From NCBI GenBank assembly GCA_951406725.2, contig OX597833.1, positions 73,498,532 through 73,562,531 on the forward strand: a stretch of 64,000 bases of DNA, read 5' to 3'. Source of the stretch: Octopus vulgaris (lineage: Eukaryota). The notes under the pieces were generated by a model. That model was not told the DNA's origin, did no database searches, and saw nothing but the letters and a program-made list of their open reading frames with translations. A program made the position numbers and the translations under genes. Positions 62,908 through 64,000 of the stretch are shown here, one piece after another; the first letter of the stretch is position 1; each line of letters starts with the position of its first letter.

Positions 62908-62958
62908 AAGTAGAATTCCATCCAATTTTTCAATAATTTCCTCGATTTCTTCAGCCAT
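62908..62958 (-). CDS. Coding exon 1 of IFIT-like TPR-TIR gene, copy B (MAEEIEEIIEKLDGILL)
   Basis: aaaATGG start, 51 nt, GTAAGT donor in phase 0 compatible with the acceptor at 52286. Confidence 0.75.
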
Positions 62959-63164
62959 TTTCTGTCTCTCTTTTTTTATCCTTTAAAGCAAATTTATAAA
63001 ACTAAACAAAATAGTTTTGTTTCCTTGTTGTCGACTTTTTTCTGGTATATTTTGCCAAAAAGAAAATGTAAATTTCTATAAATGATATATTATATATAAA
63101 AATGTTCAATGCAGTTGAATGTGTCCGATCAACAAATATTTTCTAACAACACAGTGAGTGTCTC

Positions 63165-63326
63165 TTCCCAGAAACGAAACCCGATTGCAATATTGGATAC
63201 TGTGAACGGATTCGAAAAATATAGATGAGACTGAAGAAGTGAGACAACTGAAGAATTAGTAAAAACTGTTTAACGAAACTTAGAGAATGGCAGAAGTAAA
63301 CGATGTGAAAGTGTGAAAGTGAAAGT
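63165..63326 (-). promoter_or_regulatory. Putative STAT/IRF-responsive promoter, copy B
   Basis: GAS 63165-63173, ISRE 63170-63181, GAAAGT x3 at 63307-63326; all motifs identical to copy A. Confidence 0.6.
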
Positions 63327-64000
63327 TTTGTAGAAAAGAAAATCACTTCCGCGAAAACAATCCGGATATCAAATGGCTAAGAGTCACTAAAATGAAATTC
63401 AAGATTCAAAATAAAACAGAAGTTCTTACAACAAGCATTAAGTATATTAAAACAAATTTATTTCTTTGGTTTTACTTAAATTTTAAATAAACACAATTTG
63501 ACCCGTACGAGGATATAGTAACTGGAATAAACCATTTCGTTCAGCGCCCGACCTGTCAGGTGAAATATTTAGACATGAAACAGCACAGATACTATACCTG
63601 TAAGTCAGGTAGGGTAGCATAGTTTAGGCTCAACTGAAGTCCGAATACTTAGGCAGCAGCTTAACACTACCGTCTCGTACCTGGCTGCATGGCATTTATT
63701 GTGGTCAGGCCTCACTACGGTTGCAGGTGTAACATTCTAGTTTAACGGTAAGCGCTTTGATCATAAATGCATGTAATGTAGACAGGTTTAAATAAATTTG
63801 TACTTTTCTCATAACACACACACACACACATGTATGTATATTGCTTCAAGCTTCTGTTTTTGTAGGCCAGTCCAACCTCCTTTCGATTACATGCGACAGT
63901 TGTATTCTCAGAGTATCTACACAGTAGTTATTCTCCAACACTGAAGGTGTTGCTCTTATTTTGAGTATGTGATGGAATGTACACATTTCTTTCTTTACAG

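Larger units (their letters stand above)
44467..64000 (+). repeat. Segmental duplication, copy B (continues beyond the window)
   Basis: Near-identical to 17303-35991 apart from three larger B-specific segments and repeat-length changes. Confidence 0.97.

Overview
AT-rich, microsatellite- and transposon-dense animal DNA. The SINE/LINE/Penelope repertoire resembles coleoid cephalopod (Octopus-like) genomes; this is an inference. The only host gene I can support occurs twice on the minus strand, inside a ~27.2-kb-period, near-identical tandem duplication (17303-35991 vs 44467-64000, running off the window). It is a two-exon gene: a 17-codon exon 1, a ~10-kb intron and one large exon. It encodes an IFIT/TTC22-like TPR protein fused to a C-terminal TIR-like domain, and its promoter carries GAS, ISRE and IRF-E motifs. 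Copy B is intact (741 aa). Copy A has a 1-bp insertion in the TPR-TIR linker and gives a TIR-less 600-aa product. The copies differ mostly by clustered amino-acid-changing substitutions in the TPR half. Other notable items: a full-length decayed Gypsy element (7650-17041, TGGT TSD) whose 3' LTR has grown an 84-unit 41-bp satellite; a chimeric Helitron-like repeat at the duplication junction; an intact Penelope-type hammerhead ribozyme present only downstream of copy B; and several degenerate hammerheads, mariners, and RTE, CR1, R4/Dong, CRE and Penelope remnants. All alignments and counts were done by eye and should be recomputed.
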